Shown: piece after piece, positions 29,142 through 39,300 of the stretch | How positions within the stretch are numbered: the stretch's first letter is position 1 | How the letters are laid out: every line of letters starts with the position of its first letter | Source: an uncultured bacterium | GTDB lineage: Bacteria > Bacteroidota > Bacteroidia > Chitinophagales > Chitinophagaceae | Assembly (NCBI GenBank): GCA_903959965.1 | Contig: CAJBZC010000300.1 | Span: 1-51,589, forward strand | Reading direction: 5' to 3' | DNA: 51,589 nucleotides | Notes under the pieces: generated by a model | What the model was told of the DNA's origin: nothing | Databases searched by the model: none | What the model saw: only the letters and a program-made list of their open reading frames with translations | Position numbers and translations under genes: made by a program

Positions 29142-29834
29142 TCAATCATTTTTAAGCATCGACCCAAGGATGCGCCACACATTGTCTGCCAGCAAACGAT
29201 GCCCCTCCGCAGTAGGATGGATTCCGTCTGCCTGGTTCAATACAGGATCGCCGGCTACGCCATCCAACAGGAATGGCACCAGCTTCATGCTATTCTCCAC
29301 AGCCAGGTCAGGAAATACCGACCGAAAACTGTCGGTGAAAGTTTTTCCCATATTAGGAGGGGCCTGCATGCCAACCATCACCAACTGCGCTTCAGGATGC
29401 AACTTCCGCATCTGATCGATGATAGATTGCAGGTTTTTGCGGGTTTCGGCAGGAGAAATGCCACGCAAACCGTCATTCGCACCCAGTTCCAGCACCAGGA
29501 TATCGACGGGCTGACGACCGGCTACCCATTCGATCCGACCGGCACCTCCGGCGGATGTCTCTCCGCTCAGTCCGGATGCCGTCACCTCCCACGGTAATCC
29601 AAGGGAGTCTATGATCCGTTGAATGCGGCCGGGGAAGGCTTGCGCCGGATCCTCCAATCCGTATCCCGCCGTCAGACTGTCGCCGAAAAACAGGATGCGT
29701 TTCCTCGAAACACTGCTTTTCGCCGGCTGAGCAGTCGTGTCGGCAACGGCTTTTTCTGAGCCCTTACCGGGACCCTCGGTACAGGAGAACAAGCAGATCA
29801 TCAGCCAAATGGCGAACAGACAAGGCTTTTTCAT
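29142..29834 (-). CDS. GDSL/SGNH arylesterase, TesA-like lipoprotein
   Basis: Lipobox LFSC; FGDSLTAG, GETSAGG, LGANDGLRG and DGIHP. Confidence 0.92.
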   Translation of the reverse strand: MKKPCLFAIWLMICLFSCTEGPGKGSEKAVADTTAQPAKSSVSRKRILFFGDSLTAGYGLEDPAQAFPGRIQRIIDSLGLPWEVTASGLSGETSAGGAGRIEWVAGRQPVDILVLELGANDGLRGISPAETRKNLQSIIDQMRKLHPEAQLVMVGMQAPPNMGKTFTDSFRSVFPDLAVENSMKLVPFLLDGVAGDPVLNQADGIHPTAEGHRLLADNVWRILGSMLKND

Positions 29835-29946
29835 GTTTCAGGCTTGGAGTTACCGCAGATTCAAACGGGCACTTCAAAATTGAGGTAATTTTATTTCAGA
29901 AAAAGCGGTGCCTAGTACCGAATGAACCTGTAATCAAAAGAAATTC

Positions 29947-30648
29947 ATGGATACCATCCTGTCCGTTTCCCACGTCTCAAAATCGTATGGTACTGCCGAT
30001 CACCGGTTGAAGGTGCTTGACGACATCCATTTCGACATTCTTGCCGGGGATACCGTGGCCATCATCGGACCCAGCGGCAGTGGAAAAACTACCCTGCTGG
30101 GGCTTTGCGCAGGGTTGGACAGACCGACGGAAGGCAGCATACGGCTCAATGGCATCTCGCTGGAATCCCTGGATGAAGATCAGCGTGCCCGGGTACGCAA
30201 CCAGCACATCGGATTCGTATTTCAGAACTTCCAGCTGCTCCCCACATTGACGGCGCTGGAAAACGTCATGGTGCCCATGGAACTGCAAGGACTGAAAAAC
30301 ATCCGGTCACATGCCATGGACCTGCTCTCGAAAGTAGGACTCGCCAATCGTCAGGATCACTATCCCGTGCAGCTCAGCGGTGGCGAACAGCAACGCGTGT
30401 CGATCGCCAGAGCCTTCTCCAACCAACCCCGCATCCTCTTTGCAGATGAACCCACGGGTAACCTGGATGCGGAAAACAGCGAACTCATCGAGCGGCTGCT
30501 GTTCGATCTGAACCGTGAAGCTGGTACCACGCTCGTAGTGGTGACGCACAATCCGGAACTGGCGGCCAAAACCGGAAGAATCATCGCACTCAAAGGCGGC
30601 AAGGTCATATCAGACCTGAATACTTCATCAGAGAAGACATCCAATTGA
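29947..30648 (+). CDS. ABC transporter ATP-binding protein (YbbA/LolD-like)
   Basis: Walker A GPSGSGKT, signature LSGGEQQR, FADEPTGNLD and VTH. Confidence 0.94.
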   Translation: MDTILSVSHVSKSYGTADHRLKVLDDIHFDILAGDTVAIIGPSGSGKTTLLGLCAGLDRPTEGSIRLNGISLESLDEDQRARVRNQHIGFVFQNFQLLPTLTALENVMVPMELQGLKNIRSHAMDLLSKVGLANRQDHYPVQLSGGEQQRVSIARAFSNQPRILFADEPTGNLDAENSELIERLLFDLNREAGTTLVVVTHNPELAAKTGRIIALKGGKVISDLNTSSEKTSN

Positions 30649-30667
30649 TCACCGACAACCTATTCAG

Positions 30668-33220
30668 ATGATTACTTCTTCCAGACCCTCAGGTCCGTCG
30701 GTGGCATGGCTGTTCAAGATGGCATGGCGCGACAGCCGCCGGAACCGTTCCAGACTATTCCTCTTCATATCATCCATCATTCTGGGCATCGCTGCACTGG
30801 TGTCTGTACAATCGCTGAGCGACAGCCTCCGTTCCGAGATCGAACGACAGGCGGCCGAACTGGTGGGCGCCGACCTCGTCATCTCCGGTAACAAAGCCCT
30901 GAACGAAGACCTCGGCAAACTTGCTGACTCCCTGGGGGATCGCCGGGCCTCCCAGAAAAGCTTCCCCTCCATGGCCCTTTTCCTGAAATCAGGTGGTGCG
31001 CGACTCGTGCAGGTGCGGGCATTGGAAGGAGATTATCCGTTCTATGGTCAGCTGAAAACCATCCCCGCCAACGCCGGGCGAAGTTTCCGGGATCGGCAGG
31101 AGATCCTGGTGGACAAAGGCCTGCTGCTGCAGTTCAACGGGGAGGTGGGAGATACCGTGCAACTGGGCATGACCACCTTCAGGATCGCCGGCATGCTTGA
31201 ATCCGCACCCGGACAGACGGGACTGACCAGTGCCGTGGCACCGGTGATCTTCATGCCGATGCGATATCTGCCCGAAACCGGTCTCGAACAATTCGGCAGC
31301 CGGATCAATCATGCCCGTTACATCAAATTCGACCGGAAAACGGATGTAGCCGGCCTGGTGGAGCGCATTGAAGACCGCATCGAAGGGGCAGGTTACGAAC
31401 TCACAACCATCGAACGGCAACAGGAACAAACCAGCCGGTCCTTCCGGGATGTCGGTCGTTTCCTCTCACTCATCGGCTTCGTGGCCCTCTTGCTCGGCTG
31501 CATCGGGGTGGCCAGCGCCATACATGTGTACATCCGGGAGAAGATCGGAACGATCGCTATCCTGCGATGCCTTGGCGCTACTTCACAACAGGCTTTCCTG
31601 ATCTACCTTTTCCAAATCCTGACCTTCGGGGGACTGGGTTCCATGGTCGGCGCCATGCTCGGATCTGCCCTTCAGTTCTACCTGCCCGTGCTGTTGAAGG
31701 ATATACTGCCCGTCAGCGTGGAAGCCAGGATCTCCTGGCAGGCCATCGGATCGGGGCTTGGCCTGGGTTTGATCATCTCCCTGCTGTTTGCCCTCGCACC
31801 GCTACTCTCCATCCGACGCATCTCCCCGCTCAACACCCTGCGAATGGATTTTCAGTCTGACAAAGGCGATCGGCTGACCAGTCTTTTCGTTTATCTGCTG
31901 ATGCTGGCCTTCATCTGGGGCTTCAGTTTTCTGCAGATCAGGCAGGCCTTACCATCACTGTATTTCACCCTGGCGGTAGTCGTATCTTTTCTAATACTCG
32001 CCGGATTCGCCCGCCTCCTGATGTGGACAGTGAAGCGGTTCTTCCCCTCCGGTTGGCCATATGTGTGGCGACAGGGCCTGGCCAATCTCTACCGGCCCCA
32101 GAACCAGACACTGGTGCTGCTCATGTCCATCGGTCTGGGCACGGCGCTTTTCTGTACCGTATTGTTCATCCAGTCAATACTGCTGGACAGGGTGCGGCTG
32201 TCCACAACAGGAGCCCAGCCAAACATCGTGGTGTTCGATATCCAGGAATCCCAGCGCGACTCGATCGTAGCCATTTCAAAAAGGCAGGGGCTGAACGTTT
32301 CCGGGACCGTACCGATCGTAACCATGCGGCTGACATCAGTGAACCAAATCGATATCGACAGCCTCCGCAAGGATACCAGCCTGCCCATGCGGCCCTGGCT
32401 CTTCAACCGGGAGTACCGCGTGACGTTTCGTGATACCCTTCTAGCCTCCGAACGGATCAAGAAGGGCGAATGGACAGGTGTCTGGAAAGATCAGACCAAA
32501 GCACCGCTGATCTCCCTGGAAGAAGGACTGGCAAAACGTAACGGAATTAAATTAGGGGATACGCTGACATTTGATGTGCAGGGTGCTCCGATGGCCACCA
32601 TCGTAGGGAGCCTGCGCCAGGTGGAATGGAACCGAATCCAGACGAATTTCCTGGTGCTGTTCCCGGCCGGTGTACTGGAGAAAGCGCCGAAGTTCCATGT
32701 ACTGGTCAGTCGTGTCGAATCGCAGGAAGAATCCGCCAGGTATCAGCAGGCCGTGGTGAAGGCTTTTCCCAACGTCTCCATCATCGACCTGGGATTAGTA
32801 CTGGATGTGGTATCCACCCTGCTCGACAAGATCGGATTCGTCATCCGTTTCATGGCGTTGTACTGTATGGCCACTGGAGTAGTGGTATTGATCGCCTCCG
32901 TACTCATCAGCAAATATCAGCGGATGCGGGAAAGTGTATTGCTTCGCACCATCGGGGCCAGCCGCCGGCAGATCCTCGCCATCACCGCCATCGAATACCT
33001 GATGTTGGGCGCCATGGCAGCGCTGACAGGCATCCTGCTCGCCATGGGTGGAAGCTGGATCCTCGCAGAACAGGTGTTCGATACCGCTTTCCGACCACAA
33101 TGGATGCCTGTGATCAGCGTATTCACCGGCGTCTGCCTGCTCACAGTTGCCATCGGGATGGCGAACAGCCGGCAGGTCGTGAACCGCCCACCACTGGAAG
33201 TCCTGCGGGATGCTTCCTGA
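30668..33220 (+). CDS. ABC permease, YbbP/FtsX-like (type VII)
   Basis: MAWRDSR and two MacB/FtsX repeats (IAILRCLGA; ESVLLRTIGA); follows the ATPase gene. Confidence 0.92.
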   Translation: MITSSRPSGPSVAWLFKMAWRDSRRNRSRLFLFISSIILGIAALVSVQSLSDSLRSEIERQAAELVGADLVISGNKALNEDLGKLADSLGDRRASQKSFPSMALFLKSGGARLVQVRALEGDYPFYGQLKTIPANAGRSFRDRQEILVDKGLLLQFNGEVGDTVQLGMTTFRIAGMLESAPGQTGLTSAVAPVIFMPMRYLPETGLEQFGSRINHARYIKFDRKTDVAGLVERIEDRIEGAGYELTTIERQQEQTSRSFRDVGRFLSLIGFVALLLGCIGVASAIHVYIREKIGTIAILRCLGATSQQAFLIYLFQILTFGGLGSMVGAMLGSALQFYLPVLLKDILPVSVEARISWQAIGSGLGLGLIISLLFALAPLLSIRRISPLNTLRMDFQSDKGDRLTSLFVYLLMLAFIWGFSFLQIRQALPSLYFTLAVVVSFLILAGFARLLMWTVKRFFPSGWPYVWRQGLANLYRPQNQTLVLLMSIGLGTALFCTVLFIQSILLDRVRLSTTGAQPNIVVFDIQESQRDSIVAISKRQGLNVSGTVPIVTMRLTSVNQIDIDSLRKDTSLPMRPWLFNREYRVTFRDTLLASERIKKGEWTGVWKDQTKAPLISLEEGLAKRNGIKLGDTLTFDVQGAPMATIVGSLRQVEWNRIQTNFLVLFPAGVLEKAPKFHVLVSRVESQEESARYQQAVVKAFPNVSIIDLGLVLDVVSTLLDKIGFVIRFMALYCMATGVVVLIASVLISKYQRMRESVLLRTIGASRRQILAITAIEYLMLGAMAALTGILLAMGGSWILAEQVFDTAFRPQWMPVISVFTGVCLLTVAIGMANSRQVVNRPPLEVLRDAS

Positions 33221-33247
33221 CAGCACTGAACCATCAACAATCGAATT

Positions 33248-33688
33248 ATGTACCGAAAGAAACCCGATGTGGATGTCCTGAATGATGTGATCCTGCTCGC
33301 CATGGATCATTACCCGGACAATACGTTTCTGAAAGGACTGTACCGTCAGTATCATGATTTGGGCGGACTAAGCCGCAAACAGATGGAAGGACTCCTGGGA
33401 AAAGCGGAAAAAGTTACGGGGATCACCGATGCTCAAAAAGCCACCCTGGCAGCGGAAATCCGCAAAAAACCGCAACGTTTCAGATCAGATGCACCTACAC
33501 ATTCTCCCATCTACGAGAAGGATGAAACCGCCGGAAGATTGATCGCGGAAATCCTGAGTCGATATCCCGAACACCGCATGGTGAAGATTCTCCAACAGAA
33601 ATACGAAAAGATGGACCCATTGACGGCAGTCGAACGACAGGAACTCGAGCGATTTCACCGGTTGCTGGTGAAACCGTCTGCCGACTGA
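33248..33688 (+). CDS. Hypothetical protein (146 aa, charged, probably helical)
   Basis: ATG in an A-rich context 27 nt after the permease; protein-like composition; no family recognised. Confidence 0.7.
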   Translation: MYRKKPDVDVLNDVILLAMDHYPDNTFLKGLYRQYHDLGGLSRKQMEGLLGKAEKVTGITDAQKATLAAEIRKKPQRFRSDAPTHSPIYEKDETAGRLIAEILSRYPEHRMVKILQQKYEKMDPLTAVERQELERFHRLLVKPSAD

Positions 33689-34305
33689 GTAAGACAGAAG
33701 ACATGTACACTGCGGCCGGGTTCAGCTTCGTATTCACGCCGGAGACGAACAAAGGGCATCAGATGAGTCAACAGGCTCGTCGCCACAATGCGTTCAGGGG
33801 TGGACAAGACAATAAACAGGCCGGCACCTAGCAATCGGTTGAACAATGTTTGCAAGCCGGGCAAGTCTTCCGGATCATAGTTCACATCGCTCAGAAGCAC
33901 TATATCAAAAGGCAGTTCGGCAGGGAGATCGTTCCAGTCCAACACAGTTGCTTCCAGTTCAGGGATGCCATTCCGCAGGGCTGATGCCTTCACGAGTGCC
34001 ATGGCTTCCGGGGATCTGTCTGTGCAGCAAACAGATGCCGCCAATCCAGATGCAAACAAAGAAGGCAAACCCAGACCCGCCGCCAGTTCCAGAACGCGCC
34101 GATTTTCAATGATCTCCGGGTATTCCGCCAACATTTCACACAGGCCCTTTGAAGACGGCCAGAGATGCGCCCAATAAGGAAACAATACCTCATCTCCCCT
34201 ATTCCGCAATGTTTCATACGCCTCTTTGACGGAGTTTGAGTCCGGCACATACAAGCCCAGCGATCTGTCACCAAAAGTTAGCCGATGCCACTCACAGGCA
34301 GCCAT
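33655..34305 (-). CDS. SAM-dependent methyltransferase, METTL21/lysine-methyltransferase-like
   Basis: PYWAHLWPSS, VLELAAGLGLPS, LDWND and DIVLLSDVNY. Start set at ATG 34305 to avoid the divergent acylase gene. Confidence 0.85.
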   Translation of the reverse strand: MAACEWHRLTFGDRSLGLYVPDSNSVKEAYETLRNRGDEVLFPYWAHLWPSSKGLCEMLAEYPEIIENRRVLELAAGLGLPSLFASGLAASVCCTDRSPEAMALVKASALRNGIPELEATVLDWNDLPAELPFDIVLLSDVNYDPEDLPGLQTLFNRLLGAGLFIVLSTPERIVATSLLTHLMPFVRLRREYEAEPGRSVHVFCLTQSADGFTSNR

Positions 34306-34348
34306 CCTCGAAGGCTTTGACTTATCTTCGGAAAAGAGAACGAATTCC

Positions 34349-36574
34349 ATGGAAGACATACGCAAAGGTGGGGTCCTGCGCCGACTCCTGCAACAAATGG
34401 TGCTGCTGCTGACCATGACACCATCGGTGAGCAAGTCTCAGTCAACAGCTGATATCAAGCGATTCGCAGACCAGGCATCACGGGTCGAGATCATCCGGGA
34501 TAACTGGGGGGTACCCCATGTGTATGGAAAGACCGACGCGGACGCCGTGTTCGGACTGATCTACGCCCAATGCGAGGATGATTTCCCGAGGGTGGAAATG
34601 AACTATATCGAGAAACTGGGCCGACTCGCTGAAATCAACGGAGAATCCGATATCTGGAAGGATCTCTACACCCGACAGATCATCGACTCGGCAGAAGCGG
34701 TCGAAGATTACAGGAAAAGTCCGGCCTGGCTGCGCGCACTGCTGGATGCCTGGGCGGATGGCATTAACTATTACTTGCAACGGCATCCAGAGGTAAAGCC
34801 ACAACTACTGACCCGCTTCAAGGCCTGGTATCCGTTGTTATGGACAGACGGCAGCATCGGTGCCATCAGCACGGGCAACCTTGGCCCGCAAGATGTGAAG
34901 GCCTTCCATACCGGACAGCCCATAGCGGCGGTCAACCTCCTGGAACAACAATCTGTCAAGGAAACCCTGGGCTCCAACGGATTCGCGATCGCCCCTTCGC
35001 TGTCGGCCTCGGGCCGGGCGATGCTGTACATCAACCCACACACGACCTTCTACTTCAGACCGGAAGTGCAGATGGTGAGTGAAGAAGGCCTGCATGCATA
35101 CGGAGCCGTCACCTGGGGACAGTTTTTCATCTATCAGGGCTTCAACGAATACTGTGGATGGATGCATACCTCCAGCAATGCCGACGTATCTGATGTGTAC
35201 CGGGAGAGGATCCTGCGGCGCGATGGAAAGATCTTCTATCGTTATGAGGGCGCTGAGCGGCCAGTCAACACCAAACAGATGGAGATCCGTTATCTGACGA
35301 AAGAGGGCATCAGAAGCCGGGTGTTCACGACATACTCCACCCACCACGGTCCGGTACTGGGCAGGGAAGACGAAAACACCTGGCTCAGCGTAAGATCCTA
35401 CAACCGGGCGATGAACAGCTTGATCCAGAGCTGGCAGCGCACCAAAGCCCGGGGGCTGGAAGACTACAAAAAGGTGATGGACCTGCGCGGCAACACATCC
35501 AATAACACGGTATTCGCGGATCGGAACGGAAACATCGCTTACTGGCATGGCAACTATATGCCGGTGCGGGACACAGCCTTTGACTGGGGTCGCCCTGTCG
35601 ACGGCAGCACCCGGGCCACGGAATGGAAGGGGCTGCACGATGCCGAGGCCTGTGTCAAACTCATCAACCCGGCCAACGGCTGGATCCAGAACTGCAATTC
35701 CACCCCATTCACCGCCGCCGGTGAGACGAGCCCCAACAAGCGCGCTTATCCCCCATACATGGCACCCGACGGCGAAAATTTTCGGGGCGTCAACGCCGTC
35801 AGGGTCATGAAAGGATTGAAAAATGTCACGCTCGAAGGTTTGATCCAGGCCGGTTATGATCGTCGGCTGGCAGCTTTCGAAGTGTTGATACCCGCGTTGT
35901 ACAGAGTCTGGCAGACGCGCGGCGCAAACACGGATACCCTCTCACCCGACCTGGCTTCCGCCATCGGACTGCTGGTAAATTGGGACTACCACTGCGATAC
36001 TTCATCCGTGGCCACTACGCTGGCCGTCGAATGGGGCCAGCGACTTAACCCCCTGCTGCAACGGGTGTACATCGAACAGGGAGAATCGGACCAGGTGAGC
36101 GTCACGAAGCGGTTCGCCGCTACGGCCGATGCGATGGAACTGCTCCGCCCGCTCTCTGCAGTGCTCCATGAGTTGAAAGCACAATTCGGAACCTGGCAGG
36201 TCAGCTGGGGAAGTTACAACCGCTTTCAGCGACTGACCGGTGATATCCGCGAAATCTATGATGACCGGCGGGCGAGTCTGCCCGTTGCATTCACCGCCTC
36301 CACCTGGGGCTGCCTGCCGGCCTATGTGAGCCGGAAGATGCCGGGGACCATCAAGCGCTATGGAGTCAGCGGCAACAGCTTCGTCTGCGCCGTCGAATTC
36401 GGCCCACGCATCCGCGCGCGTTCCGTGCTCGCCGGCGGGGTCAGCAAGGATCCCGGTTCCAGGCATTTCTCGGATCAGTCGGGCATGTACACCGAAGGCA
36501 GGTTCAAAGACGTACTGTTCTATCGGGAAGATGTCCTCGCCGCTTCAGAAAAACGCTATAAGCCAGGAGAATGA
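34349..36574 (+). CDS. Penicillin acylase family Ntn-hydrolase (peptidase S45)
   Basis: IIRDNWGVPHVY; beta-chain nucleophile in G|SNGFAI; INPH, FADRNGNI and NCNS. Start uncertain (34349 or 34397). Confidence 0.92.
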   Translation: MEDIRKGGVLRRLLQQMVLLLTMTPSVSKSQSTADIKRFADQASRVEIIRDNWGVPHVYGKTDADAVFGLIYAQCEDDFPRVEMNYIEKLGRLAEINGESDIWKDLYTRQIIDSAEAVEDYRKSPAWLRALLDAWADGINYYLQRHPEVKPQLLTRFKAWYPLLWTDGSIGAISTGNLGPQDVKAFHTGQPIAAVNLLEQQSVKETLGSNGFAIAPSLSASGRAMLYINPHTTFYFRPEVQMVSEEGLHAYGAVTWGQFFIYQGFNEYCGWMHTSSNADVSDVYRERILRRDGKIFYRYEGAERPVNTKQMEIRYLTKEGIRSRVFTTYSTHHGPVLGREDENTWLSVRSYNRAMNSLIQSWQRTKARGLEDYKKVMDLRGNTSNNTVFADRNGNIAYWHGNYMPVRDTAFDWGRPVDGSTRATEWKGLHDAEACVKLINPANGWIQNCNSTPFTAAGETSPNKRAYPPYMAPDGENFRGVNAVRVMKGLKNVTLEGLIQAGYDRRLAAFEVLIPALYRVWQTRGANTDTLSPDLASAIGLLVNWDYHCDTSSVATTLAVEWGQRLNPLLQRVYIEQGESDQVSVTKRFAATADAMELLRPLSAVLHELKAQFGTWQVSWGSYNRFQRLTGDIREIYDDRRASLPVAFTASTWGCLPAYVSRKMPGTIKRYGVSGNSFVCAVEFGPRIRARSVLAGGVSKDPGSRHFSDQSGMYTEGRFKDVLFYREDVLAASEKRYKPGE

Positions 36575-36646
36575 TGTTCAATATATTGTAAATCAAATGT
36601 TTATATTATAATCTTTGTCGCAAGTGAACCCGATAACTTTTGAAAT

Positions 36647-37744
36647 ATGACCAAAATTTCTTATATTCTATCATGGGTCGGGTTCTGTGGCATCAGCGTC
36701 CTGAACCCACTCAATGGCCATGCCCAGGCTTCCCTGAAAGACAGGATGCAATCAGTCATGGCATCTGAACCCACTTTCAGTGGGGTGGTACTCGTCGCCA
36801 AGGATGGCAGGGCCCTGTTTCACAAAGCCTACGGAATGCGGGACTTCAACAGCGATGATAAGATCAGGCGGGATGACATCTTCGAGCTGGCTTCAGTTTC
36901 CAAACAGTTCACGGCAAGCATCATCATCGGCTTAAAGGAGGCCGGACAACTGGGTTTTGATGATCCTGTCGAAAAATATGTAGACATCCCCTATCCGGGC
37001 ATCCGGATCCGGCATCTGCTGAACCATACGAGCGGACTACCTGATTATCAGGCGGTGATGGACAAGTACTGGGATAAATCGAAGGTGGCGGGGAATCCAG
37101 ACATCCTGGCCTATCTGAAAAAATATGCCCCGCCCACTTTGTTCAAACCGGGAGAACGATTTGAGTACAGCAACACAGGTTATGTAGTACTGGCGAGCTT
37201 AGCAGAATCCGTCACGGGTATGGATTTCATCGAATTATGCCGAGGCCGCATTTTTAAGGCGGCGGGTATGACTGGGGCAGACATCCGCTCCAACACGGTC
37301 AAATCCGGAATCAGGCACTTTGCGCGCGGTCATGTCTGGGTTGAAAATCAGAAGCGTCATGTGCGGGCCGACTCCTTCCCTTCTTCAGACTACACCATCT
37401 GGCTGGGTAATCGGAAGGGACCCGGACGGGTGAGTGCACGCGCCAAAGATCTGCTGGCCTGGGATCGTGCACTTCGCGAGGCGAAGATTCCGGGGACCCG
37501 AAGCGGGTCGGAGGCCTGGCGCTCAGGGGTGCTGAACGACGGGTCGGCGACCGGTTACGGATTCGGCTGGTTCCTTTCCAATACGAAGAAAGGTGCTCGG
37601 GTGATCTGGCACGACGGCGACAATCCCGGATATAAGACCATGTTCCGTCGTTATCCGGAGAGCGGACACACCATCATCGTACTCAGCAACAACTACCCCG
37701 CAGGTTTCGATCGCTTAATTCAAGGACTGGAAGGGGCACTTTGA
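36647..37744 (+). CDS. Serine hydrolase, beta-lactamase/PBP-like family
   Basis: Signal peptide; SVSK (SxxK), LLNHTSG, YSN and HDG. Confidence 0.9.
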   Translation: MTKISYILSWVGFCGISVLNPLNGHAQASLKDRMQSVMASEPTFSGVVLVAKDGRALFHKAYGMRDFNSDDKIRRDDIFELASVSKQFTASIIIGLKEAGQLGFDDPVEKYVDIPYPGIRIRHLLNHTSGLPDYQAVMDKYWDKSKVAGNPDILAYLKKYAPPTLFKPGERFEYSNTGYVVLASLAESVTGMDFIELCRGRIFKAAGMTGADIRSNTVKSGIRHFARGHVWVENQKRHVRADSFPSSDYTIWLGNRKGPGRVSARAKDLLAWDRALREAKIPGTRSGSEAWRSGVLNDGSATGYGFGWFLSNTKKGARVIWHDGDNPGYKTMFRRYPESGHTIIVLSNNYPAGFDRLIQGLEGAL

Positions 37745-37761
37745 GCGAACTTGAAGTTTGA

Positions 37762-39273
37762 TCAGTTGATCAGGCGGATCCTGTATTCCTGGATCAACGG
37801 AACTTTTTCCGGCGTTAAGGTGAAATACACATCTGCCCGACCCCTTTCGCATTCGAGGGTGAACGTACCCCGCAGGTTGTTTTCCGCCCGCATCGACCCG
37901 ACACGTCTGACAGCACCGATCTTTCCAAAGATCTCCGCCGACTGGCGTTGCAGCAGTGGCAGTGTGTAATCGGGGAAGAAATTTTCGGCGAAAATGGCGC
38001 TTTGTTCTGCACCTTTCCAATCCGGAATGATCCGGGTCAGCTGCTCCATCCGGGTTTGAAGGATAGGTGAAACAGGAATGGCGGTGGGTTTCAGTCCGGT
38101 GAGCCGAACTAGGGTGTCCAGGATCTGCATGGTCAGCACCGACATCGGGGAATAGGTCCGGTTGCCGAGGGCCACGATCCCCAGTCCGTATTCCGGCATG
38201 ACCTGCCAGTGGCTTCCAAAGCCCGGCAGACCACCGCTGTGGCCGACAAAGGTCCTGCCCTCGCAGTCGCGCACCCATCTCAATCCATAACAATAGGCAG
38301 CAGCCGTCGCGCAAACCCGGCCGCCCGGGAAAGTGTAGTTCGGGTTCAGCGCGCTGAAACGCCAGGGATGATGCATCTCCCGGATGGAGGCACGGCGAAC
38401 AGGCCCGCTTTCCGTAGCATCTGACGGTGGCCAGGCCGAGAGATGAAGATTCATGTAGGCGGCAAACTCATCCACAGAGGACAGCATGCTGCCCATGGCA
38501 CCCCAGGATCCATCGGGCGTGTCATGCAGGAGTTGTTCTTCCGTGTATCGATTGTCCTGATAACGATAACCATGTGCCAGAAGCGCCGGCTCGACTTCGC
38601 TGTATTCCCAGGCAACATGCCGCATACCCAACGGCTTCCAGATCTGCTCCCGGATAAACTGCTGGTAAGGCTGGCCCGACACCGTCGTGATGATCTTTCC
38701 GAGCATCGCGAAGCCGAGGTTGCTGTATTCATAGGCCGTACCCGGTGCGGTAGAAAAGGTAATGCCCTGTTTCAGGAAGGCGTTGAATTCGTCATCACTG
38801 TCCGCCAGCTGACGATCGCCCCAGGGATTGTCTTCCGGAAATCCTGCGCCGTGGGTGAGCAGGTGTCTGATGGTGACCGGCGCCGCATCCGCGGTGGGAT
38901 ATTTCAGACCTTTCAAAGATGGGATGTAACGTTCTGCCGGATCTTCCAGCTGAAGCTTCCCGGCATCCCTGAGTTTCAGGATGGCCATAGCGGTGAAACT
39001 CTTGGACATGGAGGCGATCCGAAAGACGGAGGCCGGAGTTACCGGTGTGTTCCGGGCCATGTCCGTCACACCAAGACTAACGGTATGCATCAACTGACCG
39101 TTCGCCACCAACCCGACGGAAACGCCTGGAATATGATGCTGTCTGGCGAAATCCGCACAGATCCGATCGATCAGCGGGAGATGCGGTCGGAGCTTTGCGA
39201 TGACAGATGTATCCCCGGCCTGCGCGGCCCATGACAGGGTTTGGCAGGCTAGCATGATCAGCAGATGTTTCAT
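37762..39273 (-). CDS. Serine hydrolase, beta-lactamase/PBP-like family, with C-terminal extension
   Basis: Signal peptide; SMSK, LLTH, YSN and HSGGLPG. Confidence 0.9.
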   Translation of the reverse strand: MKHLLIMLACQTLSWAAQAGDTSVIAKLRPHLPLIDRICADFARQHHIPGVSVGLVANGQLMHTVSLGVTDMARNTPVTPASVFRIASMSKSFTAMAILKLRDAGKLQLEDPAERYIPSLKGLKYPTADAAPVTIRHLLTHGAGFPEDNPWGDRQLADSDDEFNAFLKQGITFSTAPGTAYEYSNLGFAMLGKIITTVSGQPYQQFIREQIWKPLGMRHVAWEYSEVEPALLAHGYRYQDNRYTEEQLLHDTPDGSWGAMGSMLSSVDEFAAYMNLHLSAWPPSDATESGPVRRASIREMHHPWRFSALNPNYTFPGGRVCATAAAYCYGLRWVRDCEGRTFVGHSGGLPGFGSHWQVMPEYGLGIVALGNRTYSPMSVLTMQILDTLVRLTGLKPTAIPVSPILQTRMEQLTRIIPDWKGAEQSAIFAENFFPDYTLPLLQRQSAEIFGKIGAVRRVGSMRAENNLRGTFTLECERGRADVYFTLTPEKVPLIQEYRIRLIN

Positions 39274-39300
39274 GTGGTTGGTTTTGGTGGGTTGGGTGCT

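Noticed and set aside
34226-34434. Apparent head-to-head overlap of the methyltransferase and acylase genes
   Set aside because: An artefact of longest-ORF starts. The ATGs at 34305 and 34349 remove the overlap.
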